From assembly GCA_965369625.1 (NCBI GenBank), contig CBDUQW010000005.1:1562-65561 (forward strand): DNA of 64,000 nt. Reading direction: 5' to 3'. Source of the stretch: an uncultured Thermoplasmata archaeon (GTDB taxonomy: Archaea; Thermoplasmatota; DTKX01; GCA-020343715). Below, piece after piece: positions 1-10,300 of the stretch. The notes under the pieces were generated by a model. That model was not told the origin of the DNA, made no database searches, and worked only from the letters and a program-made list of their open reading frames with translations. Numbering within the stretch: position 1 is the first letter of the stretch; each line of letters begins with the position of its first letter. The translations under genes and the position numbers were made by a program.

Positions 1-93
1 CTCCGCTGGGCCTCGATGGCCGTGGAGGTCTCCCAGGGCGCCGAACAGCTCATGGATAACACTTATCAGAACACCGCCCATCAGGGTGGATGA
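1..93 (+). CDS. pcc1: 3' end of probable KEOPS complex subunit Pcc1 (partial)
   Basis: Frame 1 reads LRWASMAVEVSQG...* (TGA 91-93). LRW..A.EV resembles the Pcc1 C-terminal helix, and pcc1 commonly lies directly upstream of prefoldin beta in archaea. Confidence 0.6.
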   Translation, partial: LRWASMAVEVSQGAEQLMDNTYQNTAHQGG

Positions 94-108
94 GAAGGAG
101 GGATACAA

Positions 109-471
109 ACGGACGAGATTCCCCAGCAGCTGCAGGACAAGATAAACCGCTTCCAGCAGCTCAACCAGCAGCTCCAGGTCGTGAGCGCCCAACTCCAGCA
201 GGTACAGCAACAGCAGCTCGAGGTAAACTCGGCCAAGGAGGCCCTCGAGGGTCTGGACGATGGTGCGGCGGTCTACAGGTCCGCAGGCGCGCTGATGATC
301 CAGATCAAGGACGTCGACGCGCTCAAGGAAGAGATGGCCGATCGGGCCGAGGAATTGGAGGTCAAGACGAAGAGCTACTCCAAGCACGAGGTGTCGCTCA
401 AGAAGACCGTCGAGGACCTGCGGAACGAGCTGACCCTCGCCCTGGGCAAGGGCCCCGGTGGCCCTGCCTGA
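109..471 (+). CDS. pfdB: Prefoldin beta subunit
   Basis: (M)DEIPQQLQDKINRFQQLNQQLQ...VYRSAGALMI...: coiled coil-hairpin-coiled coil. The homologous N-terminus extends upstream of the track start (181) to an ACG codon at 109, with GGAGG at 97-101. Confidence 0.92.
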   Translation, partial: TDEIPQQLQDKINRFQQLNQQLQVVSAQLQQVQQQQLEVNSAKEALEGLDDGAAVYRSAGALMIQIKDVDALKEEMADRAEELEVKTKSYSKHEVSLKKTVEDLRNELTLALGKGPGGPA

Positions 472-532
472 GACCCCCTGTCCCTCGGAACGGCAGGGAC
501 GGGGTCCAAAGACCCAAAGGGAGGTTCGCGCC

Positions 533-1507
533 ATGACGAACGTTCTGGACGAGCTCTGGTCCGGCCGGACCCTGGTGCTTTCCCACAGGAACGCTGACAT
601 CGACGCCATGGGCTGCTCCATCGCCCTGGCCGCCATGTTCCCCGAGGTTACCATCGGCGCAGTGGAATCCGTCAGCCGTGGAGCCCAGAACCTCCTCAAG
701 AGCTACGACGGCCGATACCCCGTCATCATCGATCCCCAGGTGGACCACGAGAGGTCCCCCTACGACCGGATGGTCTTCGTGGACACCGCCACCCCCAGCC
801 AGGTGGACCCATACGACCGCTTCCTGTCGGGTTCCATAGTCATCGACCACCACGTGGCCAACCCCGCCCTTGTGGAGGTCAATGACAGGTACCACTGCGA
901 GCCAACCTCACCCTCCTGTGCCCAGATCGTTCACCGGCTCGCGGTGGAGGCGGGGGCCGAGGTGAACTCCGACGCCGCCCTGGCCCTGGTGGCAGGCATC
1001 CTGGCGGACACCGAGCGCTTCCGCATCGCACCCAACAGCGCCCTCTCCGACTCCCTCACCATCCTGGAGGAGGGCGGCATCGAGCTGGCCGAGGTGGTGC
1101 AGGCCATCGAGAGGCCCGTCTACGACCGGTCCCGGGCCATAGCGATGCTCAAGGCGGCGCGCAGATCGGAGTACTTCGAGATCGGCAACCTCATCTTGGC
1201 CCGAACAAGGGTCGGTGCCTTCGAGGCCTCCGCCGCGCGAAACCTGGTCTTCTCGGGTGCCGACGTGGGCATCGTGGCCAGCGAGGACGGCGACACCACT
1301 TCCCTCACCGGAAGGGCCAGCAGGCGGGCCGTGGACGCGGGATTCCATCTGGGCGAGTTCTTCCAGCGATTGTCGGAGATCACGGGGGGCGACGGCGGTG
1401 GTCACGCTGGAGCGGCGGGCTTCAAGGCGACCCTGCCGGTGGATGAACTGGAGCAGGCATGCCTCGACCTGGCGACGGAGACCCTGAAGGGGCTCGACCC
1501 GCGATAG
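533..1507 (+). CDS. DHH/DHHA1 family phosphoesterase
   Basis: Motifs HRNADIDA, FVDT, IDHH, GILADT, GGGH; ATG 533 preceded by GGAGGT. Confidence 0.9.
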   Translation: MTNVLDELWSGRTLVLSHRNADIDAMGCSIALAAMFPEVTIGAVESVSRGAQNLLKSYDGRYPVIIDPQVDHERSPYDRMVFVDTATPSQVDPYDRFLSGSIVIDHHVANPALVEVNDRYHCEPTSPSCAQIVHRLAVEAGAEVNSDAALALVAGILADTERFRIAPNSALSDSLTILEEGGIELAEVVQAIERPVYDRSRAIAMLKAARRSEYFEIGNLILARTRVGAFEASAARNLVFSGADVGIVASEDGDTTSLTGRASRRAVDAGFHLGEFFQRLSEITGGDGGGHAGAAGFKATLPVDELEQACLDLATETLKGLDPR

Positions 1508-1519
1508 GCCGGTTCCGGT

Positions 1520-1978
1520 CTATTTGACCTCGATGTGCTTGAAGCCCGAGTCCGGGTCGTTCCCGAACGCCTCCAGTCGCCCTCGGATCTCCCAATCGTG
1601 GTTGATAGACCCTCTGTACGACGGCTGACCACCGGGTATGGATATCTGTCCCTCGAACTCCTTCCGCTCGTTCGGTTGCAGCACGAAGGCGGGCCCGACG
1701 GGGAAGGACGTGTCGACGGTCGTCTTCGAAACGTTGATCTTGCCCCTTGTGTCGACGTGACCACACTTCTCGCATCGGTGGCTACCGAAGACGCTTCCAT
1801 GCTCCTTCGCCTGCAGGTCCACGAACACGCCGCCCGTCTTCACCTCGCCCCCGGTGGAGACGACCGTGACCTTCACAGGTATGGATTCGCCCTGCTTGAA
1901 CGGTCCCGGGGGGTACTCTATGCTCACGTCGGCGCCACCACCGGTGATGGCGCTCGTCATCTTCTTCAGGAATCCCAT
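1520..1978 (-). CDS. Spo0M/arrestin-N-like beta-sandwich protein
   Basis: N-terminus MGFLKKMTSAITGGGADVSI resembles Spo0M-type starts; beta-rich body with one CxxC; RBS GAGGTG. Confidence 0.55.
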   Translation of the reverse strand: MGFLKKMTSAITGGGADVSIEYPPGPFKQGESIPVKVTVVSTGGEVKTGGVFVDLQAKEHGSVFGSHRCEKCGHVDTRGKINVSKTTVDTSFPVGPAFVLQPNERKEFEGQISIPGGQPSYRGSINHDWEIRGRLEAFGNDPDSGFKHIEVK

Positions 1979-2033
1979 TCCACCTCACCAACCATCAATA
2001 TGTCATGTCCTTGATCATTTCAATCGTGTCCCG

Positions 2034-2594
2034 TCAATCGGGTGGCAACCAGATCTCCGTGAAGTTGGGACGGGAGACGTAGGGCACCTCGTCGATGTCG
2101 AAGATGGCCACCCTCTCCATGGCTCCACACTCCTTGCAGAGCAGGTAGGGTGCGTCGTCCCGGGCCTCGACGTCCACCTCTCCACCGCACTTCTTGCAGG
2201 CCATCAGCTTGGCCACGGCGGCGTAGTGCTCCTTCTCGATGTCCTTGGCAATGTCCTTTCCCGCGGGGGTTATCCTGTACGCCGACACGTATACGTGATG
2301 GGAGGTGGCCAACTTGAGCCGCTCCACAAGGCCCATCTCCCTGAGGTCCGCCACGTCGTCCTCGCCCTCCTTGCTGATATTGGCGAAGCGCCTGGTGCCC
2401 TTGTAGTCCACTATCATGGGCGCGGTGTCGTAACCCTCGAAGACCCCCATCCGGACCCCGCGGTTGATGAGGGAGTTCAACGGTATCTTCTTGATCCAGG
2501 TCTCCCGGTCCTCCCGGGTCCTAGCGGGTTCGCTGAACTTGTCGATGAGGATGAGGAGGCGCTTGCTGTCCGGGGTCATCTCGGTAACGTCCAT
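2034..2594 (-). CDS. Hypothetical winged-helix-like protein with C-terminal zinc ribbon
   Basis: 186 aa from ATG 2594, overlapping the upstream stop (TGATG). LREMGLVE...YRITPAG wing pattern; CKKC...CKEC. Confidence 0.7.
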   Translation of the reverse strand: MDVTEMTPDSKRLLILIDKFSEPARTREDRETWIKKIPLNSLINRGVRMGVFEGYDTAPMIVDYKGTRRFANISKEGEDDVADLREMGLVERLKLATSHHVYVSAYRITPAGKDIAKDIEKEHYAAVAKLMACKKCGGEVDVEARDDAPYLLCKECGAMERVAIFDIDEVPYVSRPNFTEIWLPPD

Positions 2595-4459
2595 CACCAA
2601 CCACCTCCTCCGGCGGGAAGACCCATGCGCTCGCGGATGTGCCTGTCGTCGGCCTTGGAGATGAGGTCCGCGTCCAGCAGCTCCTTCTGGACCCATTCGG
2701 TGGTGAAGAAGGCGTCACCCTTCTTGTCGTCGGTGTTGGCGTGGATGTAGTAGAGGTGCCCCTCCTTGGCATCGAAGCCCATCGTCATGGTGTAGAAGAT
2801 CTTGTCGTCATCCCTCTCCTGTTTATGGTACCAGGAGATCCTGTGGCCCACGAGCTCCACGTTGTGGAACGTGATCTGCTTGTCCGCCAGGTACGCCTTG
2901 ATCTTCTCGGGTGTCGACCGTACGTCGATGGGTATGCGAAGATGCAGCACGTAGTCCTTGGCCAGCTTCTCCTTCTTCATCTTCGCGGAAGAGGCCTTGA
3001 TCAGCCTGAAGAAGACCAATGCCAATATGAACCATAGGCTGAATCCGACTATGACCTGGAGGTAACCTCCGTAGAAGTTGTCCGTGCCCAGTATCTTGAT
3101 GGGCTCGTCCCTGGCATAGTTCCACTCGTCCAGGCCCTTCATCACCAGGTCGGAGATCTTCATGCCGAGGGCGCCGGCCGAGATGGCTGACAGTATCTTC
3201 AACGCCGCCCCGCTGTACCGGGAGGACTTCGCGCTCGCGGCCAGCATCAGCTGGGCGTCGGCACCCTGCTGGACGTTGTCCGCCATCAGCTTGGACACCT
3301 CGCGCATCCGCTTCTCGGCCAGCGTGTTGAGCATGTCACGGAGGCCAGAGATCTCGTCGACGAGACCCCCGGACACGAGGGTCATGTCCTCTATCTTCTC
3401 TCGGATGACCACGATCTCCCGCTCGATGCCCAGCCGCTGGGCCAGGGCACGGTTCTCCATGTCCAGCCCATCGGAGTTCTGGTTCCATATCCGGCTTGCG
3501 TCCAGGGCGCTGGTCTGCATGAACTTCGCCAGTTCCTCGATGAGGACGATGTCCGAGCTGAGCTCGGAAAGCTCCTGCTGCATCTCCCCCAATGCCTCCT
3601 CCTGCTCGATGGAGAGGATGGCCATCCGGATGTCCTTGACCACGTCCCACATCTGCCGGAGGCGGGAGAAGAACACGGATTCGAACATCTGAAGGCTCTT
3701 GACGAAGGAATAGAAGTTGAGCACGTTTGAGAAGTGCTCCGGGCGGGAGGAAATGAAGATCATCCCGTTGGTCCCCAGTATCACCTTCTCGCTGGGCGGG
3801 AGGTCGAAGAATTCGTACGCGACGCCCACTATCTGATTGATCTCGTTCTCCTGGTCCTCCCTGTCATGGTAACCGCTGGCGGTGGACTTCACGGGGGTGA
3901 GGGCCGAGGTCATCGCCACGGTGAACTTCGGACGTATGGGCGTCTTGCCGTAGACCGACCGAAGGGCCCGGCGCTGGAACTGGGTCAGCAAGGCCTCTAT
4001 CATTATCGACGTGTCCTCGACGAGGTCCGCCAACATGTAGCTGATGTCGTCCAGGGAGAAGCCCGACGTCTTGTCCTTCACCTGCTCCACGGTCAGGCCA
4101 TAGTTGACGAAGCCGGACTTGTCCACGTGGGTGGCGATCTCCTCGACCTGCTCGACCTCCTCGGGGTACTCGATGGAGGCCTTGAACTTCACCCAGTTGT
4201 ACAGGTCGAAGTCCTTCAGGAAGACCCTGGTGAACCTGGGCTCTATCTCGAACTTGGAGGTGTCCGGCTCCTCGTCGACGATCCCCGTCAGCAACGAGCT
4301 CTTGATCCCTTTGAGGCTGTCGATCGAGTCGTTGAACGTGGTGATGGCGTTCTGCCCGAAGGGCACCCACTCGGAGATGCTGAGCTTGAGGTCCTGGAAG
4401 AAGAGAACGTTCGTATGTACACTGTCACCTTTCAATTGTGTGGGAACTTCAACTCCCAT
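2594..4459 (-). CDS. Hypothetical membrane protein with CorA-like layout (soluble domain, long helices, 2 TM, C-terminal domain)
   Basis: 621 aa from ATG 4459 (G-rich RBS). Heptad-rich helices, then two hydrophobic segments (ALKILSAISAGALGMK; GYLQVIVGFSLWFILALVFF). Confidence 0.6.
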   Translation of the reverse strand: MGVEVPTQLKGDSVHTNVLFFQDLKLSISEWVPFGQNAITTFNDSIDSLKGIKSSLLTGIVDEEPDTSKFEIEPRFTRVFLKDFDLYNWVKFKASIEYPEEVEQVEEIATHVDKSGFVNYGLTVEQVKDKTSGFSLDDISYMLADLVEDTSIMIEALLTQFQRRALRSVYGKTPIRPKFTVAMTSALTPVKSTASGYHDREDQENEINQIVGVAYEFFDLPPSEKVILGTNGMIFISSRPEHFSNVLNFYSFVKSLQMFESVFFSRLRQMWDVVKDIRMAILSIEQEEALGEMQQELSELSSDIVLIEELAKFMQTSALDASRIWNQNSDGLDMENRALAQRLGIEREIVVIREKIEDMTLVSGGLVDEISGLRDMLNTLAEKRMREVSKLMADNVQQGADAQLMLAASAKSSRYSGAALKILSAISAGALGMKISDLVMKGLDEWNYARDEPIKILGTDNFYGGYLQVIVGFSLWFILALVFFRLIKASSAKMKKEKLAKDYVLHLRIPIDVRSTPEKIKAYLADKQITFHNVELVGHRISWYHKQERDDDKIFYTMTMGFDAKEGHLYYIHANTDDKKGDAFFTTEWVQKELLDADLISKADDRHIRERMGLPAGGGGW

Positions 4460-4594
4460 GAGATATACCCCCCCCGAAGGCGGCCGCATTACAACGAGGA
4501 TATCTGTATAAGTAATTTCGGTCAAGAACAGGGGGATCGACCAAGCATTCCCATCGTTCAGCACACATCCGTTCACGGACACCCAAAGGCCCCA

Positions 4595-5335
4595 ATGGGC
4601 AACACTGATATAGAGCGGCCACGTTTCCCGTCATCCGAAGGTGGTCCCTTGGACGAACCTCCAAGCATCAATGTCATCATCCCCACCCTCAACGAGGCCG
4701 AGTCCATCGGCCAGACCATCGACCAGATCCCCAGGGGGGACCACATCACCGTCACCATCGTGGACAACTCCACCGATAACACCCGGAAGATCGCCGAGGA
4801 GAAGGGTGCGGAGATCATAGAGGAGCCCAGGAAGGGGTACGGTCGCGCGTACAAGACGGGCTTCGACGCCTGCGACAAGGACATCATCATCACCTTCGAC
4901 GGCGACACCACCTACCCCGCCGAGATGACCCAGGAGCTGGCGGACATCCTCGTCCGGGACGAGCTGGACTTCATCAGCTGCGACCGCCTGACCAAGCTGA
5001 AGCCCGAGGCCATGACCCGGGGTCACCGCTTCGGCAACTGGATGCTGGTAAAGGCCATGAACGTCCTCTTCTCCATGAAGCTCAAGGACTCCCAGACGGG
5101 CATGTGGGTCTTCCGCCGGGAGATATGGCCAAAGTTGGAGGTCATCTCCGATGGCATGCCATTCTCGGAGGAGATCAAGATAGAGGCCTGGAAGAAGGGC
5201 TTCCGCTGCCGAGAGGTCCCCGTGGACTACCGGCCGCGCATCGGCGAGATCAAGCTCAACACCTGGGGCGACGGCCGGCGCAACATCATGTACCTGTTCA
5301 AGAAGCGCTGGGGCCACCCGACGCCGGACGACTAG
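4595..5335 (+). CDS. Glycosyltransferase family 2 (dolichol-phosphate sugar synthase-like)
   Basis: VIIPTLNEA, VDNSTD, GYGRA, DGD (DXD), DSQTGM, EVPVDYRPRIGE; true start ATG 4595 inside the long track ORF. Confidence 0.9.
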   Translation: MGNTDIERPRFPSSEGGPLDEPPSINVIIPTLNEAESIGQTIDQIPRGDHITVTIVDNSTDNTRKIAEEKGAEIIEEPRKGYGRAYKTGFDACDKDIIITFDGDTTYPAEMTQELADILVRDELDFISCDRLTKLKPEAMTRGHRFGNWMLVKAMNVLFSMKLKDSQTGMWVFRREIWPKLEVISDGMPFSEEIKIEAWKKGFRCREVPVDYRPRIGEIKLNTWGDGRRNIMYLFKKRWGHPTPDD

Positions 5336-5599
5336 GTCGGGGAGAACGATCATCAATCGATGATCCAAGTACAATCTCGTTTATCATTGATAAATTCACA
5401 GAGAAAACAATTGGGTGCCTGTAAGTAGGCTATATCATTTTATCACATGGCCCAGAGTGTACTGCACAGGAATAATGAATCCTACCATCAATCCTGGAAC
5501 CTGCCGAATCCCCTGATTGTCAGCATCATTTTTCTGAGACCTGCCAACAATCCTTACCGTTGGACGTTCCGTCACCACGTTCCCAACCTCGTGGGAGGC

Positions 5600-7231
5600 T
5601 CACTTCTCGGCCATGAAGGGATACCGGTAGTCCTTAGGCGGGTCGAAGGTCTCCTTGATGGTCCGGGGGCTGCACCACTTGAGCAGGTTGATGGCGCTGC
5701 CGGCCTTATCGTTGGTCCCCGAGGCGCGGCCTCCGCCGAAGGGCTGCTGGCCGACGACGGCGCCCGTGGGCTTGTCGTTGATGTAGAAGTTGCCTGCCGT
5801 GTGGACGAGGGTGTTCTCAGCGGTGACGATGGCCTCCCTGTCCTGGGCGAATATGGACCCGGTCAGGGCGTACGGCGAGGAGGTGTCGCACAGCTTGAGG
5901 GTCTTGACGAAGTCCTTGTCCTCGTAGACGTAGAGGGAGAGGACGGGACCGAATATCTCCTCCACCATGGTCTTGAACCTGGGGTCGGTGGTCTCGATCA
6001 CCGTGGGCTCGATGAAGTAACCCTTGGACTTGTCGTATCCTCCGCCGGTGATGAACTTGGCCTCCTTCTTGTGCTTCTTGGCGTAGTCGATGTACGATGT
6101 GATGTCGTCGAAGGCCGCCTCGTCGATGACGGCGTTCATGAAGTTGCGGAAGTCCTCCACGTCGCCCATCTTGATGCTCGCTATCTCTGCCACCAGCTTC
6201 TTCTTGAGGTCGGGCCAGAGGGACTGGGGGATGTACGCACGGCTTGCCGCAGAGCATTTCTGCCCCTGGTACTCGAAGGAGCCTCGGATGAGGGCGGTCA
6301 CGGTGGCGTCGACGTCGGCGGTGTTGTGCACGAACACGAAGTCCTTGCCCCCCGTCTCGCCGACGATGCGGGGGTAGGTGTTGTAGTTCTCGATGTTCGA
6401 GTTGATGTCCCTCCACAGGTTCTGGAAGACGGCGGTGCTGCCGGTGAAGTGGAGGCCCGCGAACTCCCTGCGGTCGATGAGCTTCTCGGTCATCATCCGG
6501 CCCGAGCCCAGCATCAGGGTGATGACGCCGTCGGGCAGGCCCGCCTCGGCGAACAGCTCCCGGAGGAAGTGGGCGGAGTACACCGCGGACCGGGCGCACT
6601 TCCACAGGACCACGTTGCCCATCATGGCGGGGGCGGTCTGGAGGTTGCCAGCGATGGAGGTGAAGTTGAAGGGCGTCACGGCGTAGATGAAGCCCTCCAG
6701 GGGACGGTACTGGAGCCGGTTCCACATCCCGGGGGCGGAGTTGGGATGTTCGTCGTAGATGCGCTGCATGTAGAAGGGGTTGAACCGCCAGAAATCGATG
6801 AGCTCGGCGGCGGAGTCGATCTCGGCCTGGAACACGTTCTTGCTCTGCCCCAGCATGCTGGCCGCGTTCAGGGTGTCGCGCCAGGGGCCCGCCAGGAGGT
6901 CGGCCATCTTGAGGAAAATGGCGGCTCTGTGGTTCCAGGGCATCGTCGCCCATTCCTTCCGTGCCCTGAGGGCGGCCTTGACGGCCAGGTCCACGTGCTC
7001 GGGCTCCATGACGTGGTACCGGGCCAGCACGGTCTGGTGGTCGTGGGGGCTGCGGCACTCGCCCAGCTTGTCGGTCCGGTACTCCTTGCCGTCGATGACG
7101 ATGGGGATCTCGATGGTCTGCGACCTCAGGTCGTGCAATTTCGCCTTGAGGGATGCGCGTTCGGGAGAGCCGGGAGCGTAGCTCCTGACTGGTTCGTTCC
7201 GGGGAATCGGTATGGTGAAGGTCTCGTTCAT
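5600..7231 (-). CDS. pruA: L-glutamate gamma-semialdehyde (1-pyrroline-5-carboxylate) dehydrogenase
   Basis: NEPVRSYAPGSPER, TPFNFT, FTGST, GETGGK, YQGQKCSAASR, EEIFGP, NDKPTGAVVGQQPFGG: ALDH4/P5CDH subfamily. Confidence 0.95.
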   Translation of the reverse strand: MNETFTIPIPRNEPVRSYAPGSPERASLKAKLHDLRSQTIEIPIVIDGKEYRTDKLGECRSPHDHQTVLARYHVMEPEHVDLAVKAALRARKEWATMPWNHRAAIFLKMADLLAGPWRDTLNAASMLGQSKNVFQAEIDSAAELIDFWRFNPFYMQRIYDEHPNSAPGMWNRLQYRPLEGFIYAVTPFNFTSIAGNLQTAPAMMGNVVLWKCARSAVYSAHFLRELFAEAGLPDGVITLMLGSGRMMTEKLIDRREFAGLHFTGSTAVFQNLWRDINSNIENYNTYPRIVGETGGKDFVFVHNTADVDATVTALIRGSFEYQGQKCSAASRAYIPQSLWPDLKKKLVAEIASIKMGDVEDFRNFMNAVIDEAAFDDITSYIDYAKKHKKEAKFITGGGYDKSKGYFIEPTVIETTDPRFKTMVEEIFGPVLSLYVYEDKDFVKTLKLCDTSSPYALTGSIFAQDREAIVTAENTLVHTAGNFYINDKPTGAVVGQQPFGGGRASGTNDKAGSAINLLKWCSPRTIKETFDPPKDYRYPFMAEK

Positions 7232-7348
7232 ATCCAGTCCTCCGATCTTCGTCCAGGGTCTCAGGTCCGGTCGGACCGAGCGAGATGGATACCTAAGAGG
7301 AGCTATATCAATATTACCAGATGCGGCCTTGCCGGGCCAGATCCGGGC

Positions 7349-10300
7349 CTACGCCGAGGCTTCCCTGCCCCTTGCATCCAACCTCTCGGTGATGGGCCTC
7401 AGGTAGCCCCGCTGGTGGGCGAACCTCCCAACCTCCACGGCGAGGATCAGCACGCCCAGCCACTGGATGAGGGTCCAGCCAGCGGACCCGCCAAGGGCGG
7501 CGGGATGCTCGGTGGCGCCCATGATCGCGTGGCCCCCGATGACGTCCGACGAGGTCAGGACCACGGGCCGGGGGATGGGGTCGTTTGGGGTGTAGATGCG
7601 GAGGTCGGGGTCGCCGAAGTAGACGATGTTCTCCCAGTGGTCCCACCACCACTCCTGGGTCACGTACTTGGGCCCCACCTTCGACAGCGCCGCGTCGTAG
7701 GCCTCCCCCACGGTGCAGCCGCCGTAGCCGATGTCGCGGTAGAAGATCTCGGAGCCCAGCTGCACGTACCATGACGTGAGCCACGGGTCGATGATCTGGA
7801 ACACGCACCCGTGGCGCACCAGGGACAGCTGCAAGAAGGTGTTGGAGATGGAGCACGAGCCTGCCACGAGGCCCATGGAGTGGACGTTCTCCAGGTCGGC
7901 GTCCAGGTCCCGGCCCCGCACGCCGTACGTCTGGGGCCCCTGGTTGATGTAGGCGATGACCACGCCGTCGTGGCGCTCGGGGAGCAGCCCGATGGGCGTG
8001 ATGGGACCGATGCATGGGGTGGTGTCCACGCCGGTGTACTTGTCCAAGGTCACCACGTCGGGGTCGTCGGTGGCGCCGATCAGGTTCTGGGGGTACTCCT
8101 CGTAGGCCCTGTGGGGGTTCGCCTCGGAGTTCTTGTCCGAGGACCACCAGCCCAGGAAGCCGCTGCCGCCGTTGCTCCCGTGCATGGTCTCGTACCACAT
8201 GATGACCCCGCGGTTGAGGTTCTCCACGGTGGCCTCGTAGCCCGCGGACTCGGCCTCGCCGTAGCCCGCCTGGCGGGAGTAGACCTCGAACTCGTCCTCG
8301 CAGATATCGGGTTGCGTGCCGTCGTCCCACGGGTGGTCGGAGGGGCTCACACCTGGCACGGTGCCGTCGGCGGCGACGTACTCGGCGCCCCAGTACTCAG
8401 AAGCGCGCTCGTTGAACTTGTACAGGAAGCAGGCCCACGTGAAGGCCACGGGGTTGTCCATCTGGACATCCCGCTCGGGCTCGGTCTCCCGCAGGGTTCC
8501 CAGGGTCCGGGTGGACCGCGAGCCCACGATGCGCTTGCCGTCGTGGGGGTCGATGGAGGGGTCCACTGCGGGGTTCGCGAACACCACCAGGGGATACAGG
8601 ACGCTCCTGGCCACCCAAACGCTGGCATCCACGGGCGTCCCCCCGATGCGTCCAGGGGTGGAGGCTCCCACGAGAGACCGGTCCCACGCGGTCCCTATCT
8701 CGAACTGGCCCGCCACCGTCAGGAGGGACTCCATGCCCTCCCCGTCCAGGCCGAAGGAGGCGACGGCGTCCATGACCTGCGTCCCGGTGAGGTACATAGC
8801 CCCCACGGGGGCAGGCGACCTGCTCTGGTACGCCCGGAACCAGTACGCGTTGTGGAAGGCGTTCGAGCTGGAGAGCCGGGGGTCGCTCTCGGTGACCAGC
8901 ACCGGGCAGCCGTGGTTGGCCGCGGCGTAGGCCGCCGGGGCGAAGTAACGACCGCCCCACTCCTCGCCCTGTGGGTTGTCGGGATTGCTGTCGGTGTACC
9001 AGTAGGACCAGGGGTTCAGGGTGGTGATGACCACGTCCTGGCGTCCCTCGCTGCCCCGCCTGCCCAGCCCTGCGATCAGCAGCACGAGGTCAGGGAGGTC
9101 GGTGTGCTCGACCACGTCGATGCGAGGCTGCCCGGTCCCCCTGTGTGCCTCCAGCTCCCGGGTCACAGCGGCGGAGTGGCCGGTGAGGTCGACCAGTTGC
9201 ACGTCGGTGGTCCCCAGGGTGTCCAGGGCCTCGAGGGTGGCGGCCGGGACGCCGTCGGGGGTGGCGTAGAGCAGGGGCGCGTTCAGCTCCGAGGCGAGGA
9301 CGGCGGCCTCGGTGGCGCCCACCAGGCCCTCCACCTCGGCCTCGGACATGGGCTCCTCCCATGAGTAATCCAGGTCGAAGCCCACCTCTCCCGTCCTGCC
9401 ATCCAGTGCCACGACGGAGGCGGTGTACATCCCGCTGCCCATCTCTGGGATGCTCAGCTCCAGCCTTCCACCGGCATCCGTGACCAGGGCCGAGGCGATC
9501 TCCTGTCCCGATGGGCCCCGGATGAACAGGCCCAGGTCCCGGCCGGGCTGCCCCCACGAGAGGGTGAAGACGGCGTTCTTGGTCCCGGGTGCGGGGATGT
9601 CCTCGATGGGCACGTCCACGCCGCCGAAAAGGTCGTAGGTGATGGTGTACTGGGCAGGCTCGTAGACCCTTTGGGCCCAGTCCGGTCCCTCGGGAGTGGA
9701 ACCATCGTTGACGCCCATGGTCGGGATGAACACGACGGCGACCCTCCACGGCCCCGGGGTGTAGACGAAGGAGTTGGCGGTGTCGATGGCGCCGGAGAAG
9801 GCGTTCCACTCGGTACTGAGGGCCACCATTATCTCGCCCGAGTACAGGTGAAGTCCCAGCTCCTTGCCTCGCTGGGTGAGGCCCGGGAAGGGACCCGGGG
9901 TGGTCCAGTCCATGACCGCCTTCACGTACCTGTACTCGTCGCCCACCTCGAAGTTGTGGGACTCCTCCACGTAGAAGGAGGGCTCGATGGAGCCGGTGAA
10001 GGTGCCATGGCCCGGCGTCACCGAAGGGACGGTGCCGGTGAGGTTCCCGCTCACGGTGTGGTCGACCGCCTCGACGGTGGGGTCCAGGACCGCCACGACG
10101 GCGGTGCGGGCCCACTCCCAGTTGGTGGTGGCGATGCGCGCGGCCGTGCCGGCGGCGGCCCCGCCCTCGATGGTCACCAGCTCCTCCGCGTTCCACTTGG
10201 ACTGCAGGGCGGAGGCCTCGGAGCCGGGGACGCCGATGGTCATCAGGCTGGACAGCTGGCCCCCGCAGGCGGTCACGTAGTCCTCCATCAGGTAATCGAT

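Noticed and set aside
1-471. TGA readthrough or selenocysteine giving a Pcc1-prefoldin fusion (same frame, single stop)
   Set aside because: An RBS and a TATA-like CTTATCA (62-68) serve pfdB directly. No SECIS is recognisable, and sharing a frame is a 1-in-3 coincidence.
5400-5599. C/D box sRNA or ~47-codon minus-strand ORF in the AT-rich spacer
   Set aside because: Box motifs are incomplete or mis-spaced, and codon use is unlike host genes.
5447-7774. 775-aa plus-strand ORF and similar long antisense ORFs (e.g. 7811..9364, 30061..31983, 48166..50871)
   Set aside because: Shadow frames of real genes in high-GC3 DNA, with no motifs and biased V/G/H/R composition.
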